From NCBI RefSeq assembly GCF_020745735.1, contig NC_083403.1:60483003-60547002 (forward strand): a DNA stretch of 64,000 bases, written 5' to 3'. The stretch is from Hemiscyllium ocellatum (taxonomy: Eukaryota). Of this stretch, positions 53,021 to 64,000 are shown one piece after another (position 1 is the stretch's first letter; the number at the start of each line of letters is the position of its first letter). A program made the translations under genes and the position numbers. Below the pieces are notes generated by a model. The model saw only the letters and a list, made by a program, of their open reading frames with translations. It made no database searches and was not told where the DNA came from.

Positions 53021-53152
53021 AAAATGAAACTCACATCAGTCAGTTGGTTCAGGAGAGGTTTCTGCTCCATAATGTTGCTCAGAAAGTCATGTCGGAGAGA
53101 AAGGAAAACTAGGGGTTAGGAAGGAAAATCAAATACAAAATTAAGGACTCAG

Positions 53153-53480
53153 GGGTGGCATGGTGACTCAGTGGTTAGCACTGCTGTCTCACAATGCCAG
53201 CGACCCAGGTTCCATTCCCACCTTGGGCGACTGGGTGCGGAGTTTGCACAGTCTCCCCCTGTCTGCGTGGTATTCCTCTGGGTGCTCTAGTTTCCTCCCA
53301 CAATCCAAAGATATGCAGATCAGGTGAATTGAACATGCTAAGTTGCCAGTAGAGTTAGGTGCATTAGTCAGGGATAAGTGTAGGCTGGGTGATAGGTCTG
53401 GGTGGGTTACTCTTTGGAGGGTCGGTGTGGACCTGTTGGGCTGAAGGGCCTGTTTCCATAATGTTGGGAATCTAATCTCA
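53153..53480 (+). mobile_element. V-SINE (HE1-type)
   Basis: gggtggcatggtgactcagtggttagcactgctg head, V-domain, aatctaatct tail. Confidence 0.9.
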
Positions 53481-56400
53481 TCTACCCTAAAAGGGAATGG
53501 TGCAAAGGTCACTTTGGGTGGCATTGCAGCGTGTTTTCGAAGAGCAGTGGCAGTGAAGTAAATGACCACCACGAGTGGAGTAGTGGGAGCAAGGACACAA
53601 AGTAGATCAATGACTAATGAATACAGGTTGTGTTCAGGGACTAAATACTTGGAGGACACTGCAAACTGGTGTACAGCAATGGGGATGTGATATTTTATTT
53701 AAGTTATGAGAAACCATTGAGGAGGAGTGTGATAGAGGTGGAGTTCATTGAGGGACAGAGACAAGAATAGGAGATGGAGAAGGAAGCTTCTCTTTGGGCT
53801 TGTGGGAGTCTAGGATAGAGACTGGAAGCCAGGAAAGTTGCTGTCACTGATTTTCAAGATATTGATTGCTTCATTTCAAAGAATGAGTCAATTATTTTAA
53901 CAAACAATGGTGATAATGAAGTCACTTTTATTTATATCAGCTGACAGAGTCTTACTATTTTGATAAAATGTTGAATTAAAATCCTCAATTGCTATTGAAA
54001 CTAATTAAACAAACTCCACTAATCATTTAAACCATCACAAACCAAAAAAAATGCATTACATGCACATCCACTTGCAGAAGAGATGTGTTGACATAAGAGA
54101 TGTTGTGATATCTTGTCCAGGAACACACGCACAATTGCTTTGGTCACCCCAGTCCTTGAATATACTTTTTAATGATATCTGTTCTATTTTGGAATTGTTT
54201 CATAATTCCCAACTGAGCAGTTAGGCCCTTTACACTCATACATGCATCATCTCATAGCTGTTTCTAACTGCTTTAACATGGTGATTTTTATTTTATTATT
54301 GATGATCATCTGTTTACAAAATTCACAGGGTGGAATATAACTGTGCAATACATTGGTGATTTCTCCTAGAATTAATCCTCTGCTTTCTACCTCTGTTGCT
54401 AATGAGCCAAGCCTGACATGGGCGCAGCCAAACTATTCTGTTCCTAAACTAGTATTCAAGCTTCAAGAGCGCGTGCAAAGCAGACCCTCCGATTCTGACA
54501 ATTTCCCATTGTCTGACCTGTCAGTCTCTAGCCTAGTGTTTAGCTGTCATCAATAGTAAATACCACATCCTGAGAGCTGGAGATAACATTTTGACAGATC
54601 TATTGCTTGCCAGCCGTTTTCAGATTTCAAAATTTTTCAGCCTCTGTTCTACGTCCTCACAATTCTTGCAAAGTAATTTTGGCTTTTAAATAATCCCATC
54701 AAATATTTTCCTCCAGCTCAGCCAGTCACCAGGAGAATTGGCTGACCAAAAATGTTTTCAATTCCGTCCTGAAGCAATTAATAACTGAGGCAGTAGAGCT
54801 ATTAGAAATACAGAGTAATACACTGCTAACCACATTATGTTTGATTAAAAAAATCATTGTACTTCTATATTAAAACATGATACCAAAGGTGCAGAATCCA
54901 CAGTAAACGTGCAGGAATTTTGAGTCGGTAATCCACAAGAATGAGTGGATAAGCACAGAACTAGGTACCTTTTGAATATCCCAATAAATATTCTTGTATT
55001 TGTCTAGGTTGAGATTGGGGTGGTTTTTCAGTTTAATTTAGAGTATGTTTACGAAAAAATATTGAACTGTTTATATTTTTCACTTTGCAAACTGGGGGAA
55101 ATAAATATTACTAAATTGCAATGTATTAAACAGAAATAAAAAGAAAAATTAGAAATGGTGATAGTAGAGGGAAGATTAGATTATGTAACTGGCTAACTGT
55201 TGACTAATTTTTTTTTGAATATTTTCCAGCAGGTTATTACAGGTTAGTTTGTTCAATAAATGCTGGAGGAATTTCTTTTTTCATAATAAAAACAGGAGGT
55301 TGGTTTTTACTTCATGCTTTTCTTGTTAATTAGCAATCCATTTTAAAATCTAATTGGCAGGAGTAGTTTATTTCAAATATCAGCATTCCTGCAATTTCAT
55401 TACAAGACCCTTAATTATGGAGAAACACTGGCATTCTGTTCAAAGCATTTCATTCCCAGAGCTAAATCAGTAGCTTTCAAGAGAAACGCAGTTAAACCAG
55501 ATGTTAGGAAGGTGGCATTCCATTACCACAGTAATAGGTTCACTGTCAAGTAGGCCATAGTAAGGTGATTGAGGAGGATGCAGAGTTCTCATGCATGGTT
55601 TTTAGTGTATTTTTGTAAAAACCTATCATGGTGTGTTCAACTTACAAATTTCTGATTTTAAATTGGAATTGTTCTGCACACATGCCTGCAGCTGTCCCAA
55701 CATTTGGGGAGGGAGTTTTTTTTTAATAAAAGTCTGCAGCAGTCTGTAACATCCCAGCTATTGTTTTCCACTGAGCATATTATTTTTTAACAGGAAAACA
55801 ATGAAGTATCAACAATAATATAATCAAATTAGCAAAATGAAAAGGACAGCAATGTTCTCAGTAATATGTATGGCTGAACCATGTAACAATTGATCCGAAG
55901 GAGAGAACTGATAAAAGAAATTCAGCCGAAAGAGTCAAGCTGTTTCATCGTGACTCAGGAATATAATTTATTTTGATAACTAATTGATGAAATGTATGAA
56001 TTTTTTTTGTGATATCTGAACGTAGTTATATGACATAAACATTTGAACGTGCTAAAATAGGATAAACATGTGAGCTGACAGTCAGTGTAGTCCAAGAGGA
56101 CATTCACCCTTCAGATCTGGAGGAGTTCCTGCTCTTTAATGTAAAATGCTAATAGGATGGCATTTCTGTTATTGGACGATGGATGGCCTGATTAAACTGA
56201 TATAAAATGGAATATTAAGCACTGTTTCTGGAGTGAGTGCTCTCCTCTGGTGCCAGAACAAGCTTTGTGTCTCTGTAATGGGAATCTGATTGCAGACTGA
56301 TGGCAATGTGTAGGAAACAGACTGCATGGTGGAATGTAAGGTGCTGATTTCCGAATTTAATTCAGAAACCAGCTCTGTATAAAAATAAATGGAAATTGTT

Positions 56401-57082
56401 CTGATAAATCATTTGGGTTAATCCACTTGTAGGGTTGAAATGACATGAACAAAAGAACAGACAGAATTAAATCGGCTACTCTGTCTCAACAGAACACAAT
56501 ACAGATTTCTATGGTGAAAACTTCTTTATTGAAAACAGAATTGATTCTTCGAAGATTATTCTCAGAGCGAGCGTGCATTTTGGTAATTGGTGAAGTTTCT
56601 GTGGTAAAGCCATTGTGTGAATTAGTTTCATTTCCAGAAGGCTTAGTTCTATTGACTTGTCTCCTATCATTAGTTCCTCTTCTTTCCTTCACTATCTGTT
56701 TACCCTGGTTGCTATGTTAGTGAGCAAAGCTCTGATGACCTTTTGCTCTTAATGTGAAACAAGGTCATGATCTGTTCAAGCTCTGTAGCATCTCTGGTAA
56801 GATTTTTCTTAACTGTTTAAGAAAAAAAACATGATCTTTAGCTGTAAGATATATCCATTTTTCCGCATGCAGGTGAGCATACATATTTGCATGCAATGAG
56901 GCTTACTAAAGAATGTGCTGCTTTTCCAGATCAAAGCTTTCTCATTGCTTTGAAGATCTGTCTTTAACGTCTGGAAAAATTATTTTTTCACTTTGCACAT
57001 TGCAGTTATTACTAGTAAAGTGTGAGTTTAGGTGGGATAGAGGAACAAAGGGATCTTGCAGTACAATTACACCAATCACTAA

Positions 57083-57276
57083 GTTAAAAGTCACACAACA
57101 CTGGGTTATAGTTCAACATGTTTATTTGGAAGCATTAGCTTTCAGAATGCTGCTCCTTCATCAGGTGGCACTCTGAGCACTCGTTCTTCCAAATTAAACT
57201 GTTGGATGATAACCTGGTGTTGTGTGATTTTTTTATTTTGTACAGTCCAGTCCAACACTGGCACCTCCAAATCATG
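57083..57276. mobile_element. Head-to-head inverted PLE pseudo-LTR pair (family C)
   Basis: tcacacaacactgggttat / ataacctggtgttgtgtga; TSD acca(a/g)tcactaa at 57071-57082 and 57277-57288; minus-strand CTGATGA-aggagcagcattct-GAAA-G-CTA at 57133-57167. Confidence 0.88.
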
Positions 57277-57485
57277 ACCAGTCACTAAAAGTTACTTCTG
57301 TGCTTAGGAAAGTCATCGGTAGAAGCAAACCAAACTATAAGCTTTTTTTCTAGGATGGTTGTCTCCAAATTTACGTACAAAATCCCATTTTTGAATCTAA
57401 TTCCTGCCCAGGATTTGCCCTTTAGTAAATATATGTTTTGCCAACTAATTTTACAACCAATTACATGTAATTATTAATTTTGTCC

Positions 57486-59428
57486 TCAATGTAATACCTG
57501 TGACTGCACATTGTCTGCAGTGTCGAGAAATTGTGGTTGTAGTTTGAAATGATAGTTGTATACTATCCATCAAATGGCTCTCTGTGAGGTGGCTGCAATT
57601 TGGATTTGAATACCTTCATTTGAGAGAACACTATCTGCCAAAGAGGAGCCAAAGTGGGCCTTCACTTTAAAAATATAGAATGATTGAAGGGAAGTTTTTT
57701 TTAATTTTTCTGTTTACGAGTCTCCAAAAATCACTGTCCATTCATCTGACTTTCAGCTAAATATCGTTTTGCACAGTAGTTATCTCCACATTAACTCCAA
57801 CACTTTCTAAGTCAAACACCTGATGTAACTTGGTAACCAAACCCACACTGACTACGTGAAGGAATGGATCTGAGACAAACAGGATTTGTTTCCTTAAGAT
57901 TTAATTCCTGAAATTGCTTGTTAAATTCCTCTGCTCAGTTCCTCAGCTATGCTCAAAGGTTTTCAGGATGGAAGTATTTTCCTTTGACTTTGATTTTTAT
58001 TTTCTATTATTTTCTCCAAATTTAGGAAATGTTACAGAGTTTTGTTTTAATTAGAAAGACCATCGACCCAGTTTCAGTTTAAATGCATTAACGACGCGGA
58101 GCATATGTGCTCAGTCTCCGTCATTTTCTGCTGTTCACAGCTCAGCTCATTCAGTTTTGACATTATGTCTGTGTGGAACGTACCACACATTGCCTCACAG
58201 CTCACTGCAGACTTCATTCCTTGGTTTAAGAAAAGTGACAAGTTTAGGCATCAGATCGAAACATTTTTGTAGGACATTTCATTGATTTAACCAAGTCACA
58301 TCAGCTTGGAGGATTAGTTCACTGTAAGCAGCATCGAGTTTGTTGAGTGAGGATTTGAAACGTGGTGCTGAATGACTCTTGCTGAAATCGCATTTACAAT
58401 CTTAACAACTTTCATTACATGAGAAAAGTCCATCACTTTTTCTCTCTTTTGCTTGCCAGTGGATTATACAGTGGTAATTGACAAAAGAGAGGAAAATCAG
58501 GATCATTCTGTAAAATGCAGCGAAGCCTGCTTTGTCCCAGGTACCACCAGTCGTGATGGAAATCAGTTTCTTGATTGGAATGTTTTTCTCGAGCATGTAT
58601 CTTATGGATTCATTGTAGATATCTTCACTTCTTGTTGTTTCTTTAAAGGGGCAAAAAGGTGAGAAGATCCCCTTTCATTGTTATGGCCTTAAAAGAGCAC
58701 CCGTAGAAAAGCTGGGCTGTGTTTGTCATGTCCATGGTGCTTCAAACTGCAGAGAGAAGCATTCACAACCCTTCAGGTCCTCCTGTAGTTGCTGAAAGAT
58801 TTCTTTAGACAAAGATTCCACTCAGTCAAAATGTGTAATGTTAGAAAAGCACAGCCAGCCAGGCAGCATCCAAGGAGCAGGAGAGTTGACGTTTTGAGCA
58901 TAAACTTTTCGTCAGGAATGTGAAAGATTGCACTCATCTTGTTACTGCAGAATGATGTGCTTTGGGTGGCCAGTATTATTTTTATTTCTTCTTAAAGTCT
59001 TTGCACAGTCACTGGCTACAGTCATTACTTCTTTCATTACTTTGCCACCTGTGAATGATTCCTTGCGTTTTACCAGAAGGTGGCAGATGCTAAACCATGC
59101 CTTAGTGCAGGCATGGACATTTGCTGCTCGTTGAGAAAAAAACCTGTTGAGCTTTAAAAACGCTTATTGTTTCCATCAGATCTAATTCCTGAATTAAAAA
59201 TGTTCTTGGGCCTTCTTTGTCTGGAGCATGCTGTTCAAGGGAAAACTTCCCTTGAATTTATTGTGCATTCCAAATTTCCCTTCTTAACTTACCAATATAT
59301 TTTGGTGACAAGTGAGGCAAACACTGTTGGCTTTCACTGACATGAAAAGGAAAATTCATAATCCCATTCTGCATAGAAGTTGTATGTTTTTGGTTTCTTT
59401 TTAGATCCTCCCATTTGATCACTCATCA
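57486..59428 (-). pseudogene. Full-length decayed hAT transposase (GTF2IRD2/SPIN/Charlie-like)
   Basis: In order: TYNFYAEW, VCLTC, LKAQQ..ICHLLVKRKESFTGG, KLISITT, YHCIIH, HVMKVVKIVNAI, LQADVTWL, VFSQMKVFKSK; many stops and frameshifts. Confidence 0.85.
58825..58922 (-). mobile_element. Mini PLE insertion inside the hAT transposase, degenerate hammerhead
   Basis: TSD aaagatt(c/g)cactca at 58811-58824 and 58923-58936; minus strand attc-CTGACGA..ctcAAAACGTC. Confidence 0.85.
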
Positions 59429-59843
59429 TTATTGCTTCACCTTGGATTTGGTGATGTCACTCTGCCAGTCGTTACACTGCAAATCGGCCTCTGGATGCGA
59501 CTCTGGAACATCCAGAAAGTTGCTGGCTGCTTTCAAGTGTGGAGGCAAGGGAGGTCACTTCTGCAATCAGGGCCCCTGACCACTTTACATTGCTCGATTG
59601 TTAGATATGGGGCACAGAAATGCTCCTCATTTTTCATTCATTCTGCACAGACCTATTAGATTAACAGCTAAAGAAAACTCTGCCAATTGACAGAAAGTGG
59701 GCAGTGGAGTGGGACCAGCTGAGCTGCTTTTGCAGAGAGTTTGCATGGACTGTATAGCCTCCTGTGTTCCAAGTACTAATCTACCCAGAAGTGAGGGACA
59801 GACTGGAATCTAATCGAGGGGTTCGGGGTGGTTTAAAAAAAAT

Positions 59844-60168
59844 GGGCGGCATGGTGGCACAGTGGTTAGCACTGCTGCCTCACAGCGCCAGAGACCTGGG
59901 TTCATATCCCGCCTTATGCAACTGTCTGTGTGGAGTTTGCACATCCTCCCCCGTGTCTGCTTAGGTTTCCTCCGGGTGCTCGGGTTTCATCCCACAGTCT
60001 AAAGATGTGCAGGTTAGATGAAATGGCCGTGCTAAATTGCCCGTAGTGTTAGGTGAAGGGGTAAATGTAGGGGAGTGGGTCTGGGTGGGTTGCTCTTCAG
60101 AGGGTTGGTGTGGACTTGTTGGTCCAAGGGGCCTGTTTCCACACTCTAAGTAATCTAATCTAATCTAC
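59844..60168 (+). mobile_element. V-SINE (HE1-type), full length
   Basis: gggcggcatggtggcacagtggttagc head, (taatc)n tail. Confidence 0.93.
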
Positions 60169-60350
60169 TGTAATATACTGGTGTCACACGTCAGTTCCTA
60201 GTTATTTGTTACTGATTTATTTGCATTGCCACCACACAACTTAATTTCCCTTGCAATGATAGGCCATCCAGACCAACCTGAAACACAATACTAAAAGCTG
60301 GCCAAGCCTATTAAGAGTGGGCACTTATCTCTAGCTTCTGAAAGCTGAAG

Positions 60351-60569
60351 AGTCGAGAGTGTGGTGCTGAAAAAGTACCGCCAATTAGGCAGCATGTAAG
60401 GAGCAGGAGAACCAACGTATTGAGCATAAGCCCTTCATCAGGACTCTTCTTGATGAAGGAATTATATCCGAAGTGTTGATTCTCCTACTCCTCAGATGCT
60501 GCCTGACTGTGCTTTTCCAGCACCACACTCTTGACTCTGATCTCCAGCATCTGCAGTCCTCACTTTCTC
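60351..60569. mobile_element. Head-to-head inverted PLE pseudo-LTR pair (family A)
   Basis: agagtgtggtgctg..ccttcatcagga / ttgatgaagga..cagcaccacactct; 16-bp TSD ctt(c/t)tg(a/g)aagctgaag at 60335-60350 and 60570-60585. Confidence 0.9.
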
Positions 60570-61186
60570 CTTTTGGAAGCTGAAGTAAGGTTGCACAAAG
60601 ATGGTTGATGTGCACATATGGCAAGGGAACTTTGGTGGCGAGATCAACTCAGAGACATTGGACAAGAATAGGTAATATTTAGAGGGATATGGGCCAAATA
60701 CAACTAAGTGGGACTAGTTTATTTTGGGAAACTTAGTCAGTATGGATGAGTTGGACTGAAGGGTCTGTTTCCATGCTGTATGACCTGATGACTATATGAC
60801 TCACTTGGTGAGGAAACATGAGTGGGAAGTGAAATTGACTGTCAGCAACTCTGCAAATTAAAAATAAATGTTATGCTTGATTAGTATTGAACCTAAGACC
60901 TCACTCAAGATTACTACAGTTCTCGTCGTCAACTTATAGAAAGCACATAGAGCTACTGGAGAGGGTGCCAAGAAGATTTGCACGGATAATGCTAGAACAT
61001 TATATGACATTGAGTTTGGGGGATGGTTAGCTAATTGGCGGTTATGCTCAATGCAAAGCCAGTTGAGCTATTTGAGTGTCCAATTAAAGAACACTTCCCA
61101 CTTCTGTGAGCATTTTGTCTGTATCAGAGGTCCTTCGATAACTTGGGATAATTAAAGGGTGGAACCTGGCAGCTCTTAACTGGGTA

Positions 61187-61270
61187 AAAACAAGGACTGC
61201 AGATGCTGGAAACCAGAGTCTAGATTAGAGTGGTGCTGGAAAAGCACAGCAGGTCAGGCAGCATCCGAGG
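61187..61270 (-). mobile_element. 84-bp PLE tail-only insertion
   Basis: Perfect 16-bp TSD agctcttaactgggta at 61171-61186 and 61271-61286; homologous to 3615-3700. Confidence 0.92.
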
Positions 61271-62269
61271 AGCTCTTAACTGGGTATTGGGGCAGCCCCT
61301 ATTTCTAGGCAGTCCATTGTCAATGAAAAGGGAACCAGTTGAGCACTCTCAAAATTAAACAAGTAGCCGGCAACCACCCTCCACCCTTTGTTTTCCAGAA
61401 CATGCCGAACTTGTCCTACCATCCCCCAACCATATTTTTGTGTCTTTAAGGGATCTCTTTCCTTGCAGTTTCTGCCTCAGCCATTGGAAGTAGTGACGCT
61501 GCCTGGCTGCTAGACCCTCTGATTGAGCCAACACCTGGTAAGGGTGGTCTCCCATCCTGAGGTGGAATATGGCCTGATGGCTGCATCTAAATTGGCTACT
61601 GCCACCGAAATGTAACTCTCAGTACTTCCAATTGTCAAACAACTGAATTCTGTCCGCTTTACAAAATTCAGTCCCTTGTATCACCTGTTGAGAAGAACAA
61701 AACTACAGGCCATCAAGGTAGAGTAAAAATCCATTGGGAATTCAAATGGAACACCTTTATGGAAAGACTAGTAAGGTTGTGGAACTTGGTGCCACAAGGA
61801 AGGATTGAAGCAATCAAGGGTGCATTTAGAGGAAACCTGGAGGAGTACATAATGACAAAAGGGCTGTTGTAGAACAATGGTAGTGCCTTTACATTTGAGT
61901 CAGGAGGTCAGGATTAAGCCCTACCTGCTTCAGGAATGGCCAACATCCCTGAGTCGGTTGACTTAAAATGCCTTCAATGAAGAAGGCAATGAACCATTAT
62001 AATGATGGATTTAGCTGAAAATAAATGGAAAGGAAGATTTGAGTGGAGTATAAATATCTTGATGAATTATTTGGGCTCATTGTTTTTGTGTTATATATCC
62101 TATGTATGTAATGACTTCTGTGGGATTTCACAGACTGTATCCACGACCATGCTTGCACTGTAGTTAACTGCAAATATACAACTTATCGACATTTTTACAT
62201 CACTTAGCAACCCATTTTCCATCATTTGGTTTTCCTGTTTTGGCTCCTCTGTCACATTTCATTCATTGG

Positions 62270-62950
62270 CAATGAAAACAAAAACATGGTGGATTTAAGT
62301 TCCCTGTTAAGCTTCTGCTATTTCAAGGGCGACATATAATGGGTCAACTTGTTCGTTTTGACTTTCTCAATAAAACTCAACAAAATGTCTTGTATCCGTT
62401 TGTTGATTTCATACCTGGAAACAGACGAATGAATATGGTGGCACAATGTGTTGGGACATCAGTTATTATTAACAATGGGGTTGTAGGTGACAATATTCTT
62501 TCCCACATTAAGTAATGATTTGCTGAATTGAGATAATAATTAGATCATGTACCATCCTAAATTCCTGAGGAAGAAAACAGCTATATAGTTGATTAGACTT
62601 CACTCTCTTCAGAATCCATGCTCCACTGTTGTATAGTGGGTTCTGCTCCCATATCAATTGTTGACCCATAGCTTTAAGTGCAGTTATTTTATGCTGAATC
62701 TCCACAGATCAGTCGTATTAAGCCAGCATCAATTAGAAGTATTTTTGTTAATGGACTAACAGTTCAAACCCCATGCCAGTTTGTCAACGGGGACCAGAAA
62801 AAAAGGACTATAATATCTGCCATTTCTGAAGTGCATTATACCCTTATTTGACTACGTTTTACCATTAGGTTCAGCTGTACTTATTCAAAATGCTGATTGA
62901 CATGTCGTGTAAATTGGAAAAGTGGAATTTTTAGTATTTTTAGCCATTGA
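62270..62950 (+). mobile_element. Ancient decayed CR1/L2 RT
   Basis: Weak ordered motifs PVKLL, SCI.L.DF, KFL.RKQ, SG..P.SI..P, FYAE. Confidence 0.35.
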
Positions 62951-63898
62951 TTTTAACAAATATTTGGAAACAAGATTTTCTACCTTGAATTGTTTTGGAT
63001 TGTGAGGTAGTTTTAACCCCATGTTAAAAAAAAAATCTGAATCAGTTATGTAATGTGACTTACCCACTTTCACTTTTATTACAGATAGGACAAGAAATGG
63101 GCAGAGGAGAACTTGACAGGTCAATAGAAAAGGTAGCATGGAATAACAATTTATTGTCACATGTATTTATGAAAATACACTGAGATGTGTATAAGTCACC
63201 ACAATTCAATACCATTTTAAGTACAGAAGTGGTAAAAAGATATAATTGAGGCAGAGTTAAGACCAAGTTTACCTTTGTTCCCTCCACGGCTCCTGGGTTT
63301 CTGGAGTGGGCATGGGATGGGCTGCTGAAGCCGATCCTGAGGCTGCCAAAGCAAAAGTTTCCGGAGTGGACCCACCACTCTGCCACCACCGAAGCCACTG
63401 TATCATCGTTATAGCAAGAAGGGATGGACCAGACCCACCAAGTCGCTGATGTTGAAATCATCGCCACTTCAGCTCCTGCCTGAAGCCACCACTTTGCCAC
63501 CATAGCCACGAGAAATGAACTGAAACACTGTGCCACCACAGCTATTGCCACCGCTGAATCCACTGTACCATTGCCAAGAGGAACGGAACAGACCCACCCA
63601 CAAATCAACCTTCGATAAAGCCGCGGCTACTATGGCCATGAGGAACAGACATCCGGATCCACCACGCTGCTGCCACAGGCCCTCGCAACGACCTTTCTCC
63701 ACCACAGCTGCAAAAATGAAGAAAAAGCCAACTTTGATACAAAACAAAAATGAAAAAACAAACAACAGGCTGGGAGAAGCAAAGCTATTTCTTTAAGTTC
63801 CAATAAACAAACCCACCATTACCAACATCCCTCCCTGTCTATGATACCTCTTTAAGTTTCTTCCGCCCCAACTAACCATTAAATCTGGATAGTAAGTG

Positions 63899-63990
63899 CC
63901 TGATGAAGGGCTTATGCTCGAAACGTCGAATTCTCTATTCCTGAGATGCTGCCTGGCCTGCTGTGCTTTGACCAGCAACACATTTGCAGC
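63899..63990 (+). mobile_element. Mini PLE insertion beginning at an intact hammerhead core
   Basis: c-CTGATGA-a-gggc-ttat-gctc-GAAA-C-GTC; 92 nt identical to the reverse complement of 48370-48461. Confidence 0.9.
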
Positions 63991-64000
63991 TGGAAAATCC

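Noticed and set aside
17850-59900. tRNA genes at TGGCNCAGTGG...GGTTC motifs
   Set aside because: All are SINE heads continuing into the V-domain or SINE core; no complete cloverleaf
63060-63796. Overlapping ORFs of 182, 98 and 88 aa
   Set aside because: Low-complexity GCC/ACC-rich sequence with no domain motif; probably an unclassified repeat
4165-63990. CRISPR-like or prokaryotic system suggested by recurring short repeats and RT genes
   Set aside because: Repeats are dispersed with individual TSDs, there is no regular spacer array, and all RTs are eukaryotic PLE/CR1/RTE types

Overview
Eukaryotic, repeat-dominated, non-genic or intronic DNA. The V-SINE (HE1-type), CR1 and Penelope repertoire points to a cartilaginous fish, most likely a shark (inference). 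I could not support any host protein-coding exon. Contents: (1) About 15 Penelope-like element (PLE) insertions from at least three families. These include two long RT + GIY-YIG copies (865-3701 +, 48370-50443 -) and many 80-600 bp insertions with 9-18 bp target-site duplications (TSDs). Most carry a minimal type I hammerhead ribozyme (HHR), and several are head-to-head inverted hairpins that fold back at the ribozyme. (2) Many CR1/L2 and RTE LINE remnants, including a near full-length CR1 split by a solo LTR. (3) Nine V-SINEs and several other tRNA/Deu-type SINEs. (4) Decayed DNA transposons: a full-length hAT transposase, a Tigger/pogo fragment, a Harbinger Myb-like gene and a Harbinger-like MITE. 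(5) An LTR preceded by a decayed env-like membrane glycoprotein gene. The most interesting signals are the HHR-centred mini/hairpin PLE system with covarying palindromic stem III, a 31-bp reiteration at a PLE 5' junction, the env-like relic, and a dense TGACA(G) motif cluster in unique DNA. Coordinates were counted by hand, and boundaries of decayed repeats are approximate.
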